From contig CAVZZO010000003.1 of the NCBI GenBank assembly GCA_963779755.1, forward strand, positions 1,024,001 to 1,088,000: 64,000 nt of DNA, given 5' to 3'. Below the pieces are notes generated by a model that saw nothing but the letters and a program-made list of their open reading frames with translations, did no database searches and was not told where the DNA came from. Within the stretch, counting starts at the first letter, position 1. Every line of letters starts with the position of its first letter. This stretch comes from an uncultured Gemmatimonadales bacterium. GTDB taxonomy: Bacteria > Gemmatimonadota > Gemmatimonadetes > Gemmatimonadales > GWC2-71-9. Shown here one piece after another: positions 37,207 to 46,184 of the stretch. Both the position numbers and the translations under genes were made by a program.

Positions 37207-39008
37207 ATGATGACTCACGAGAGCCACCGCAGATCAATCGGGCTGTTCCTGGGTCCAGTCCGTGCTGCGCTCTGGGTTGGTGCGGCAAGTGGCCTCGTTC
37301 AGGTGGCGGTCGAGCAGTTCGCCTGGCATTTTACCAGCGAAATCCGGAGCCTCGGCCCCAACATGATATGGATGGTTCCACTGGCCGTAATGCTGGCCTG
37401 CCTGGTGCCCGGGCTCGTGCTCGGACTCATTGCGCTCGCTCGCGGCAGGCCGTTGCCTGACGCGATGCTATACGGCCCGGTGCTCTTCCTGGGTGCGCTG
37501 AATCTGATCCTGTTCATTCCGGGCACGATTATTCTGTCGGATTATCTGATTGCCGCAGGGCTGGCGGTGATCGTCCTGCGGCTGGAGAGGCGCTACCATT
37601 GGCTGGACTGGCTCGTCCGCCGGACCGCGCTTCCCCTCCTGATGCTGCTGGCGGGGCTCACTGTGCTCGCGTTCGCAGGCGAGGCCATGCGGGAGCGCGC
37701 TGCTATTGCGAAGCTGCCTCCGGTACCCACCGGCAAGAACATACTGCTCCTGGTGCTGGATACTGTGCGAGGCATGGACACCGGCCTCGACGGTTTCGAC
37801 CGGCCGACCACTCCCGAGCTGGTGCGCTGGTCGGCGCGGGGAATCACCTTCTCCCACGCAATCGCACCCTCCTCGTGGACGCTGCCCAGCCATTCCACCA
37901 TGTTCACCGGCTATTGGCCTCAAGAGCTGGGAACTGACTGGAAGGTCCCTCTGAAGAGCAACGCCTACACCTTGGCAGAGTTCTTCGACAGCCTGGGCTA
38001 CGCCACCGCCGGGTTTGCAGCCAATCCCAGCTATGGAAGCCGCTATTACGGACTTGCCCAGGGGTTCCAGCATTATGAGGACTACCCGCTGTCGTTTGAG
38101 GAAGTCCTCACGAACGGCAAGCTCACGAGAGATTTCCTCAACCACCCCTGGGTTCGCCGCGTCTGGGGGTTTGACGATTACCTGGGACAGAAACAGGCGC
38201 CGGATGTGACCGGTCGGTTTCTTGAGTGGCTACCCCACAGGGGTGGCAGGCCGTTCTTCGCCTTCCTGAACCTGTTCGACGCCCACGAGCCGTACCTGCC
38301 GCCGGCCGGCTATGACAGCTTGTTCGCATCGAACACGGTCCGCCGGAATGATCTACTGGAGCACTTCCTTCATCAGGCTGAACGTCGGGAGAAGGAACAG
38401 ATGACGCCAGCCCAGGCGGAGCGCGAGCGTGAGGCGTACGATGCCGGTATCCGCTACATGGACACCTGGGTCGGGCGGATGTTGGACAGCCTGTATCGGC
38501 TGCACCTGCTCGACAGCACCATCGTCATCATTACGGCGGATCATGGAGAGCAGTTCGGTGAACACGGTAAGTTCGTACACGGTACTCGTTATACAGGCAG
38601 GTACTCGAAGTGCCCCTGCTCATCCTCGCCCCCGGCGAGCCCGGCAGGGGGACTCGTGTGGACCGGGTCGTGAGCCTGCGCGATCTCCCGGCCACTATTC
38701 TCGATCTGCTGGGCCGGCCCGATCACGCATTTCCAGGCACGACCTTGGCGGGCTGCTGGCGTGGCCCTGCCTGCGCAGCCAGCCCGGCGCTTTCCGAACT
38801 GCGTCTGGCCGCCGGCGGATGGGGAGCGTCTCTCTTCACAGATTCCTCTCACGCCATTATCTGGCACAATAACACCCACTTCTTTCTCTGGAAATCAGAC
38901 CCCGCGGAGAACGATGATCTGGCGAAGGCTCGGGGAGTACAGAACGTGGTCGCCTCCATCCGGGCGGCTCAACGCTCGAGTCAGAGGGCTGCGCTCTCCG
39001 ATGAATAA
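37207..39008 (+). CDS. Membrane-anchored sulfatase-like hydrolase/transferase 2; -1 frameshift near 38584
   Basis: VLDTVRG, PSSWTLPSHSTMFTG, DAHEPY, ADHGEQFGEHG. CACGGTACTCGTTATAC lacks one A; adding it restores HGNSLYRQVLEVPLL, as in paralog 3. Confidence 0.82.
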
Positions 39009-39381
39009 CCCCCGGAGCATGGTGGTCCCGGCCAAGCCCGACGCCACAGAAAGCGCAGCCGTCCTCTGGTTCACCGGCCTCTCGGGGGCCGGGAAGAGCA
39101 CCATCGCGAAGCGGGTGGCGGCCCGGTTGCGCCAGGCAGGCCACCGGGTGGAGGAACTGGATGGCGACGTCATCCGCGATATCTTCCCGGCGACGGGATT
39201 TACCCGCCCGGAGCGCGACCAGCACATCCGCCGGGTGGGCTGGCTGGAGCATCACTTGAGCGAGGGGCCGATGACCGAGGCGGCGAGTACCTCCCCTATG
39301 GGCCCGTATGGATCTGGATCTCTCCGAGACAGCCTTCCATCGGACCTCATCGCCATGCTGGCGCCGAGAGTTGACATATGA
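39001..39381 (+). pseudogene. cysC: 5' fragment of adenylyl-sulfate kinase (duplicate of cysC)
   Basis: 39058-39247 matches 41309-41498 except at 3 synonymous positions, then diverges into unrelated sequence. Confidence 0.85.
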
Positions 39382-41255
39382 GGGCTGGGTCCACGGGATC
39401 CCCCGGAATCCTCGAGTGGTATGAGCCGCTCATCCTGGCCGTCTGGATCGGTCTGGTGACGGGTCTCATTCAGGCCCTTGGGGTGCTGTTCCATCAGCGC
39501 GTGCTGGGTGATCTGATAACGCTGGGCCCCATGATGTGGTGGATGACTCCGCTGACGTTGGCGCTTCTGCTCGTCCCGGTAGCTGCAGTGGCCACCATTC
39601 TTGGCCGGTGGTGGCCGGGTATCTTCCGGTCTCGTTCCGTCCTTCTGGCCCTGTTGCTCACACCGGGCATCTTCAACGGCCTGCCTTTCTTCATCCCTAC
39701 AATGGGTTCGGGGGCGAGACTACTGTTTGCCGTTGGCATCGCGCTCGTCATCACCCGGATAGCAGAGCGGTTTCCTGTATCATCCCGGAGAATCATTGCT
39801 AGGACTCTTCTGCCGGTCGTTGGTGCCGTCACCCTGGCATTCCTGGCGACTCAACTGGCTCAACCAATCTGGGAACGATGGAAAATCCATACCTTAGCCA
39901 GGGCACCAAGCCACGCTCCTAACATCCTGCTACTTGTCCTTGATACTGTCCGGGGCGCGAACCTGAGCGTCAATGGTTATGGGCAGCCAACGACCCCATT
40001 CCTTGAGCGATACGCGAAGGGTGGCGTTCGATTTGCGAATGCGATCTCCACAGCCCCATGGACCCTCCCCTCGCATGCCAGCATGTTCACGGGCCACTGG
40101 CCTGACGAGCTCTCCGCCGACTGGGAAAGAGCTCTCGACGGATCTGCTCCGACGTTAGCGGAGGTTCTCAGCGCCCACGGGTACGTCACTGCCGGCTTCG
40201 TAGCCAACCTTGCGTATGTGAGCCGTGTCCACGGATTAAGCAGGGGCTTCGTTCACTATGAGGATTTCCGGGCTACTGCACCCGATTTCCTGGTCAGTGC
40301 CAAGCTGCCCCGGGATGTGGCGAACCTAGGGCGCGTTCGTAGGCTGGTGAGTTACTATGCGATTCTCGGGGAAAAGAAGGCCCCCGGGGTGGTCAACGAG
40401 GTTCTGCGCTGGCTCTCAGCGAGGAAGGCACACAGGCCCTGGTTCGTGTTCGCGAACTTCATCGACGCACACGAGCCCTGCATTCCTCCGGAATCTCTGG
40501 AGGAACGGCTAGGTAGCCCCGAGGTTCTGAAGGTGCGCCGGAAGCTGGGGCATTTGACTCACCTGCTATACCATGCGCTGTTGGAGAATAAGGCATCAGT
40601 TCTTTCGCCGGCTGGTGTAGAGCGGGAGCGCCTTGCCTATGATGCATGCCTCGCGTACCTGGACCAGAACCTGCAGCGTCTCCTTGATAGCCTCGCCACG
40701 CTTCGGCTGGACTCAAACACCGTCGTGATGATCGTCGCTGACCATGGCGAACAGTTTGGAGAACATGGACATTTTGTTCACGGGAATTCCCTGTATCGGC
40801 AGCTGATTCAGGTCCCCTTCCTCCTAGTCGCGCCGGGTCGTGTGCCGACGGGCGTGGTTGTCACAGATCCGGTTTCGTTACGGGATCTTCCTGCGACCAT
40901 CCTCGACCTGGCCGGCATCAACCAGGGGCCTATTCCGGGTAGCTCGCTTTCAGGATGTTGGACAGCTGATGGCTGTTCCGGCAGTCAGGTGATTTCAGAA
41001 CTCGTACTACCTGAAGGCCAACGCTCTTACTCGATAATCGAGGGCGGGCTACACTACATCAATTGGCGTGACCAGAAGAACTCCGGAGAACTCCTGTATG
41101 CCTGGCCTGATTCTGAGGAGACTCAGGACCTTGCTAAAGAGCCCGGATGGCAAAGTGCTGTAAGTAGGTTCCGCGCGGACTCGACAGATGCGGGAAACAG
41201 CCTTGCAGTCTGGCAATCCCGAGGCTCGCTACCATCAGAGTCCTTGGAGAGATGA
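39378..41255 (+). CDS. Membrane-anchored sulfatase-like hydrolase/transferase 3 (lower GC)
   Basis: PNILLLVLDTVRG, TAPWTLPSHASMFTG, DAHEP, ADHGEQFGEHGHFVHGNSLY. Confidence 0.85.
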   Translation: MRAGSTGSPGILEWYEPLILAVWIGLVTGLIQALGVLFHQRVLGDLITLGPMMWWMTPLTLALLLVPVAAVATILGRWWPGIFRSRSVLLALLLTPGIFNGLPFFIPTMGSGARLLFAVGIALVITRIAERFPVSSRRIIARTLLPVVGAVTLAFLATQLAQPIWERWKIHTLARAPSHAPNILLLVLDTVRGANLSVNGYGQPTTPFLERYAKGGVRFANAISTAPWTLPSHASMFTGHWPDELSADWERALDGSAPTLAEVLSAHGYVTAGFVANLAYVSRVHGLSRGFVHYEDFRATAPDFLVSAKLPRDVANLGRVRRLVSYYAILGEKKAPGVVNEVLRWLSARKAHRPWFVFANFIDAHEPCIPPESLEERLGSPEVLKVRRKLGHLTHLLYHALLENKASVLSPAGVERERLAYDACLAYLDQNLQRLLDSLATLRLDSNTVVMIVADHGEQFGEHGHFVHGNSLYRQLIQVPFLLVAPGRVPTGVVVTDPVSLRDLPATILDLAGINQGPIPGSSLSGCWTADGCSGSQVISELVLPEGQRSYSIIEGGLHYINWRDQKNSGELLYAWPDSEETQDLAKEPGWQSAVSRFRADSTDAGNSLAVWQSRGSLPSESLER

Positions 41256-41809
41256 GCACACTACACCATCCAGATTCCTTCATGACGGCTGATACGGCGC
41301 GACAGCCGGCCGTCCTCTGGTTCACCGGCCTCTCGGGGGCCGGGAAGAGCACCATCGCGAAGCGGGTGGCGGCCCGTTTGCGCCAGGCAGGCCACCGGGT
41401 GGAGGAGCTGGATGGCGACGTCATCCGCGACATCTTCCCGGCGACGGGATTTACCCGCCCGGAGCGCGACCAGCACATCCGCCGGGTGGGCTGGCTGGCG
41501 AGCCGGCTGGAGCACCACGGGGTGTTCGTCATCGCCTCGCTGGTGTCGCCCTACCAGGACTCGCGCCAGTTCGTGCGCGGCCTGTGCCGCCGGTTTCTGG
41601 AAATCTACGTCTCGACTTCGTTCGCCGAGTGCGAACGGCGCGACGTCAAGGGACTGTACGCCCGCGCCCGGCGGGGGGAAATCAGCCACTTTACCGGGCT
41701 GGACGATCCGTACGAGCCCCCGTCCGCGCCGGAGCTGGCGCTGGATACGGCGGGGATCACGGTGGAGCAGGCGGTGGAGAAGGTGATGGCACTGGTCGCT
41801 AGCTGCTAG
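41252..41809 (+). CDS. cysC: Adenylyl-sulfate kinase
   Basis: WFTGLSGAGKSTIA, LDGDVIR, LVSPY, RDVKGLY, FTGLDDPYE. Confidence 0.95.
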   Translation: MSTLHHPDSFMTADTARQPAVLWFTGLSGAGKSTIAKRVAARLRQAGHRVEELDGDVIRDIFPATGFTRPERDQHIRRVGWLASRLEHHGVFVIASLVSPYQDSRQFVRGLCRRFLEIYVSTSFAECERRDVKGLYARARRGEISHFTGLDDPYEPPSAPELALDTAGITVEQAVEKVMALVASC

Positions 41810-41870
41810 TCACCAGTCACCAGCTGCGATGGCCTTGACGACCAGCGAACTCACTACTCACGACCGCAAG

Positions 41871-41924
41871 CGACTAGCGACTAACGACTAACGACTAACG
41901 ACCAACGACCAACGACCAACGACT
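41871..41924. repeat. Heptamer tandem repeat CGACYAR, about 7.5 copies
   Basis: CGACTAG CGACTAA x3 CGACCAA x3 CGACT, immediately upstream of the cysD ATG. Confidence 0.9.
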
Positions 41925-41927
41925 CTC

Positions 41928-42809
41928 ATGGACCATCTCGACCAACTCGAATACCGCAGCGTACACATCTTCCGGGAAGCGTACGCCAACTTCAAGAACC
42001 TGTGCATGCTCTGGTCCATCGGGAAGGACAGCACGGTGCTGCTGTGGCTGGCGCGGAAGGCGTTCTTCGGGCACGCACCCTTCCCGCTGGTGCACATCGA
42101 TACGTCCTTCAAGATCCCGGAGATGATCCGCTACCGCGACCGGCTGGCCGCGGAGTGGAATCTCAACCTGATCTACGGGCAGAACCAGGTGGCGCTGGCG
42201 GAGAAACGCACCTTCCCGGACGGGGCGGTAGACCGGATCACCTGCTGCAGCCTGCTCAAGACCGAGGCGCTGAAGCACACGCTGAGCGGCGAATGGCCCC
42301 GCTTCCGCTTCAATCACGCGAAGAAGACCTACGAGCAGGACACCAATACCGAGCCCTTCACCGGGGTGATCGTGGGCGCGCGCGCGGACGAGGAAGGCAG
42401 TCGCTCCAAGGAGCGCTATTTCTCGCCCCGCAGCAACCAGAACCTGTGGGACGTGGGCGACCAACCGCCCGAATTCTGGAACCAGTACAAGACCGAGTTT
42501 GCGCCCGGAACCCACGTGCGGATCCACCCGCTGCTGGACTGGACCGAGCTCAACATCTGGGAGTACATCGAGCGGGAGAAGATCCCTACGGTATCGCTCT
42601 ACTACGACCAGGGCGAGGGCAAGCGCTACCGCTCGCTGGGCTGCTATCCCTGTACCCTGGCGGTGGAGTCCGACGCGAAGAACGTGGAAGAGATCATCGT
42701 CGAGCTCAAGAGCGGCAAGTTCGCCAACATCGCCGAACGCTCCGGCCGCGCCCAGGACAAGGACGACGGCGGCGGGCTGGAGACGCTGCGGAAGGACGGG
42801 TACATGTAG
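41928..42809 (+). CDS. cysD: Sulfate adenylyltransferase subunit 2
   Basis: [59 protein letters not shown]. Confidence 0.95.
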   Translation: MDHLDQLEYRSVHIFREAYANFKNLCMLWSIGKDSTVLLWLARKAFFGHAPFPLVHIDTSFKIPEMIRYRDRLAAEWNLNLIYGQNQVALAEKRTFPDGAVDRITCCSLLKTEALKHTLSGEWPRFRFNHAKKTYEQDTNTEPFTGVIVGARADEEGSRSKERYFSPRSNQNLWDVGDQPPEFWNQYKTEFAPGTHVRIHPLLDWTELNIWEYIEREKIPTVSLYYDQGEGKRYRSLGCYPCTLAVESDAKNVEEIIVELKSGKFANIAERSGRAQDKDDGGGLETLRKDGYM

Positions 42810-42815
42810 GAAGGA

Positions 42816-42871
42816 TCAGGATTCAGGAATCAGGAATCGGGAATCAGGAATCGGGAATCGGGAATCGGGAA
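42816..42871. repeat. Heptamer tandem repeat TCRGGAA, 8 copies
   Basis: TCAGGAT TCAGGAA TCAGGAA TCGGGAA TCAGGAA TCGGGAA TCGGGAA TCGGGAA. Confidence 0.9.
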
Positions 42872-42973
42872 TACAGGGCTCCACCCTTCCCGATCCTGCA
42901 GCGGTACATTCCTGCCGTCCTGCGACCGAGCGGCCTCCAATAGAAAGCCGCGAGGAAGTCCTTCAGGGCCGTG

Positions 42974-44326
42974 CTACTCTTCCGCCGGCTTGAAGGCGTT
43001 GGCGGTGAGGTCGCCCAGCAGCCCGTGCCAGACGTGGTTGGGATTATCCTCGACCTCGCGCACGATTGCCCGCATGCGGGCCAGTACCGGCGGCTCCTCC
43101 TCCTCGTAGACGTCTCCCTGCAGCAGCTTGAGCACGTCCAGCCGGTAGCGCGGATCGCGGATGAACGCGGTGAAGAGGACGTTGAGCCGGTAGTAGACGC
43201 TGATGAAATTGTACCAGTTCTTCGTGCCCCGCCGGATGGTCGACTCGTAGTCGTTGAAGGCGGCCCGGGAGCAGTCGCCTCCCTCCAGCGCCCGCAGAAT
43301 GTCGGTGTGGGCGAAACGTGAGCTGTTGAGCGCAATGCTGACGCCGGTGGAGAAGATCGGGTCCACGAAGCGGCCGGCGTCGCCCACCGTTAGCCAGTTG
43401 TCTCCGGCAATCTGGCTCATGCCATAGCTGTAGTCGCCCTCCTCGGTGAAGGCGCGCACCTGCTCGGCGCGGCGCAGGGCCTCGTGCAACTCCGGCCGGC
43501 TGGCCACGCAGTCCCAGAAGAACTTCTCCCGGTCGCCCGCGGCCTTGAAGTGCCGTTTCTGAGTGACCACGCCAACGCTGGTGACGGTGTCGCTGATGGG
43601 AATCTGCCAGACCCAGCTGTTGGTGATGGGCAGGAAGTGGACGTAGATGTAGTCTCCCTTCGTCCGGTCTCCCATCATGGTCGCATGCCGGTCGTAGCCG
43701 TCGAACCAGGTGTGGATGGCGTACTGATCGAACACCTTGTCCATCACCTTCAGCTTGAGCCGGTTCCCCAGGAAGGTGCGCCGGCCGCTGGCATCCACCA
43801 CCATGCGGCAGCTGGCCCCCGCCTCCTTCCGCCCCAGATTGAACCGGATCCGCGGCAGGCCCGGGTCGCTGAAATCTACGTCGCGGACACCGACCCCTTC
43901 GATCACCTGGGCTCCGAGCTTCTGGGCATGCTGCAGCAGTAGCGTGTCGAACTTCCCGCGGTCCACGTGGTAGGTGTAGTTCTGGTCTACCCCCTGCTGC
44001 TGCCGCTCCTCGAAGCGGATGTCGGCCATGCAATCGGCCTCCAATCCCTCCCACCCATGCTCGTAGGCGCGCGAGCTGCCGGTGGCGGTCCATATGGCCC
44101 CGAACTTGTGGGGGAATCCTGCCTCCTCCATGACGGGCAGGAAGTCCAGGTCCCGGAATACCCTGGTGCTCGAGGGAACCAGCGATTCGCCTACGTGGGG
44201 CCGGGGAAAAAGCTCGCGCTCGAAGACCGCGCAGGTCACCCCGGCCCTGGCCAGGTAGGCCGCCATGCTCGCGCCGGCGGGGCCGCCGCCGATGATGCCG
44301 ACATCGAAATCGGTCTGGGAAGTCAT
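42974..44326 (-). CDS. FAD-dependent halogenase, PltA-like (pyrrolyl-S-carrier protein halogenase)
   Basis: GGGPAG, HVGESLVP, catalytic-Lys region FPHKFGA, HVDRGKFD, WVWQIP, DYSYGM, FVDPIFS, YYRLNVLFTAF..DPRYRLDVLKLLQGDVY; closely follows PltA as I recall it. GGAGGA SD. Confidence 0.88.
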   Translation of the reverse strand: MTSQTDFDVGIIGGGPAGASMAAYLARAGVTCAVFERELFPRPHVGESLVPSSTRVFRDLDFLPVMEEAGFPHKFGAIWTATGSSRAYEHGWEGLEADCMADIRFEERQQQGVDQNYTYHVDRGKFDTLLLQHAQKLGAQVIEGVGVRDVDFSDPGLPRIRFNLGRKEAGASCRMVVDASGRRTFLGNRLKLKVMDKVFDQYAIHTWFDGYDRHATMMGDRTKGDYIYVHFLPITNSWVWQIPISDTVTSVGVVTQKRHFKAAGDREKFFWDCVASRPELHEALRRAEQVRAFTEEGDYSYGMSQIAGDNWLTVGDAGRFVDPIFSTGVSIALNSSRFAHTDILRALEGGDCSRAAFNDYESTIRRGTKNWYNFISVYYRLNVLFTAFIRDPRYRLDVLKLLQGDVYEEEEPPVLARMRAIVREVEDNPNHVWHGLLGDLTANAFKPAEE

Positions 44327-44485
44327 CGGCTCCTCCGGTCCGGGGCCGCCGGAGAGCAGGACCTGCAAGCGTTCGCGCAGCAGACGAATCCGGCGCGCGC
44401 GGCTGAGATCTTGTCAGCGCCCTTGCGGTCGATGGTCTGGTACCGGTTGCAGATCACCGTGAGATAGACCGATCGGAAATGGGGT

Positions 44486-44503
44486 TGTGGCCTGCCCGCC
44501 ACA
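44486..44503. promoter_or_regulatory. Palindromic enhancer-like site between the divergent halogenase and dehydrogenase
   Basis: (T)TGTGGCCTGCCCGCCACA(A). Confidence 0.65.
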
Positions 44504-44774
44504 ACGGCCGCAGCAGCACAGCAGGGATGATCCAGCCTACCGGCGGAATCGCGACGGCCGGTGACTCCCCGATACCCGTCCGGGAGCCGGAGCACCCTCC
44601 CGAGCACAAACCATGCCCTCGAGGCCTCCCTGCGGGCCGGGTGCCGGCCATGCCGAGGGCCGCTAGCTTACCCGGAGCAGGTGCCCGCAGCTGGAATGAG
44701 CCCGCAGCCCGGGGCCAACGCGCACAGTTCCTGCTGCCGGCGATATCGCTGGGACCACGGATGAGGAGCCGGTC

Positions 44775-45923
44775 ATGGATTTCGCCTGGTCTGTTGAACA
44801 GCTCGCGTTCCGGGACGCGGTCATCGACTTCGCACGTAGGTCTCTCCAGGACGATCTGATCTCGCGGGACCGCGCGAGCGAATTCAGCCGGGAGCAGTGG
44901 AGCCGGTGCGCCGAGTTCGGTATTCAGGGGCTTCCATTCCCCGAGGAATTCGGCGGGGCCGGCAGCGACATTCTGACGACCATCCTCGCCATGGAATCGC
45001 TGGGGTACGGCTGCCGGGACAACGGGCTGCTGTTCGGCCTCGCGGCGCAGATGTGGAGCGTGCAGATGCCGATCCACCAGTTTGCCTCGGCCGAGGCGAA
45101 GCACCGCTACCTGCCGAAGCTCTGCCGCGGCGAGTGGATCGGGGCCCACGCCATGAGCGAACCCGATTCCGGGTCGGACGCATTTGCCCTGCGCACCACG
45201 GCAGTCCGCGAGGGCGAAGAATACATCCTGAACGGCACCAAGACTTTCGTCAGCAACGGCCCCGTGGCCGACCTGTTTCTCGTCTTTGCCACCATCGACC
45301 GGAGCAAGGGCTTCCTCGGCCTCACCGGATTCCTGGTGGAGCGGGAGTGGCCGGGCGTCGGGGTGAGCCGGGAGATCGACAAGATGGGCCTGCGCACCTC
45401 GCCCATGGCCGAGGTGACGCTGGAGAACTGCCGGGTGCCGGCGGTGAACCGGATGGGCCGCGAGGGACGCGCGGGCGCCCTGTTCAACGACTCCATGGAG
45501 TGGGAACGGGCCTGCATCCTGGCCAGCGCCATCGGCACCATGGAGCGGCAGCTGGAAGAGTCCATCGCCTATGCTCAGCAGCGGCACCAGTTCGGCCAGC
45601 CAGTCGCCAAGTTCCAGGCCGTGGCCAACCGGCTGGTCGCCATGAAGCTGCGGCTGGAAACCGCGCGGCTGCTGCTCTACCGGGCCGCCTGGCGCAAGTC
45701 CCGGGGTGACGCGCAGTCTGGTATGGATGCCGCGCTGGCCAAGCTCTGCCTCAGCGAAAGCTGGGTGGCGTCGGCCCTCGATGCAGTCCAGATCAGAGGC
45801 GGGTACGGCTATACCACGGAGTATCAGGTGGAGCGGGAACTGCGGGACGCTGTGGGGGCGACCCTCTATTCCGGCACCTCTGATATTCAGAAGAACCTGG
45901 TTGCCCGCTACCTCGGCCTGTGA
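44775..45923 (+). CDS. L-prolyl-carrier protein dehydrogenase (PltE/RedW/AnaB-like acyl-CoA dehydrogenase fold)
   Basis: MDFAW start, LGYGCRDNGLLF, SEPDSGSD, FNDSMEWERAC, LYSGTSDIQ; these are signatures of the prolyl-ACP oxidase subfamily. Confidence 0.82.
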   Translation: MDFAWSVEQLAFRDAVIDFARRSLQDDLISRDRASEFSREQWSRCAEFGIQGLPFPEEFGGAGSDILTTILAMESLGYGCRDNGLLFGLAAQMWSVQMPIHQFASAEAKHRYLPKLCRGEWIGAHAMSEPDSGSDAFALRTTAVREGEEYILNGTKTFVSNGPVADLFLVFATIDRSKGFLGLTGFLVEREWPGVGVSREIDKMGLRTSPMAEVTLENCRVPAVNRMGREGRAGALFNDSMEWERACILASAIGTMERQLEESIAYAQQRHQFGQPVAKFQAVANRLVAMKLRLETARLLLYRAAWRKSRGDAQSGMDAALAKLCLSESWVASALDAVQIRGGYGYTTEYQVERELRDAVGATLYSGTSDIQKNLVARYLGL

Positions 45924-45932
45924 CCACATTGG

Positions 45933-45950
45933 TGTCGCAACCCTGCAACA
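45933..45950. promoter_or_regulatory. Palindromic enhancer-like site
   Basis: TGTCGCAACCCTGCAACA, followed by an AT-rich stretch (~45985-46020). Confidence 0.6.
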
Positions 45951-46046
45951 AGCATCAGCACCATCCCCGCTGGTCCGGCCGCGTCTATACAGCTTAATCG
46001 CTTTATTGGCAATATCTTAACGGCCTCTTCCAGCTTCAGGGCATGG

Positions 46047-46062
46047 TGGCACAGGCATAGCA
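46047..46062 (+). promoter_or_regulatory. Sigma54 -24/-12 promoter for the MBOAT-PCP-adenylation operon
   Basis: TGGCACAGGCATAGCA = TGGCAC..GG-N10-GC, 97 bp downstream of the palindrome. Confidence 0.65.
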
Positions 46063-46184
46063 CCCTCCACCTGGGTTTCGCCTTCAACCATGGTCGCTTC
46101 CCGCGGCCAGATCCGCCTCCGGCCGCCGGCACTCTCCCAGGACCGCCGGTGGGGAAGCCTCGCACTCCGGCAGGAGCAGTGTGA

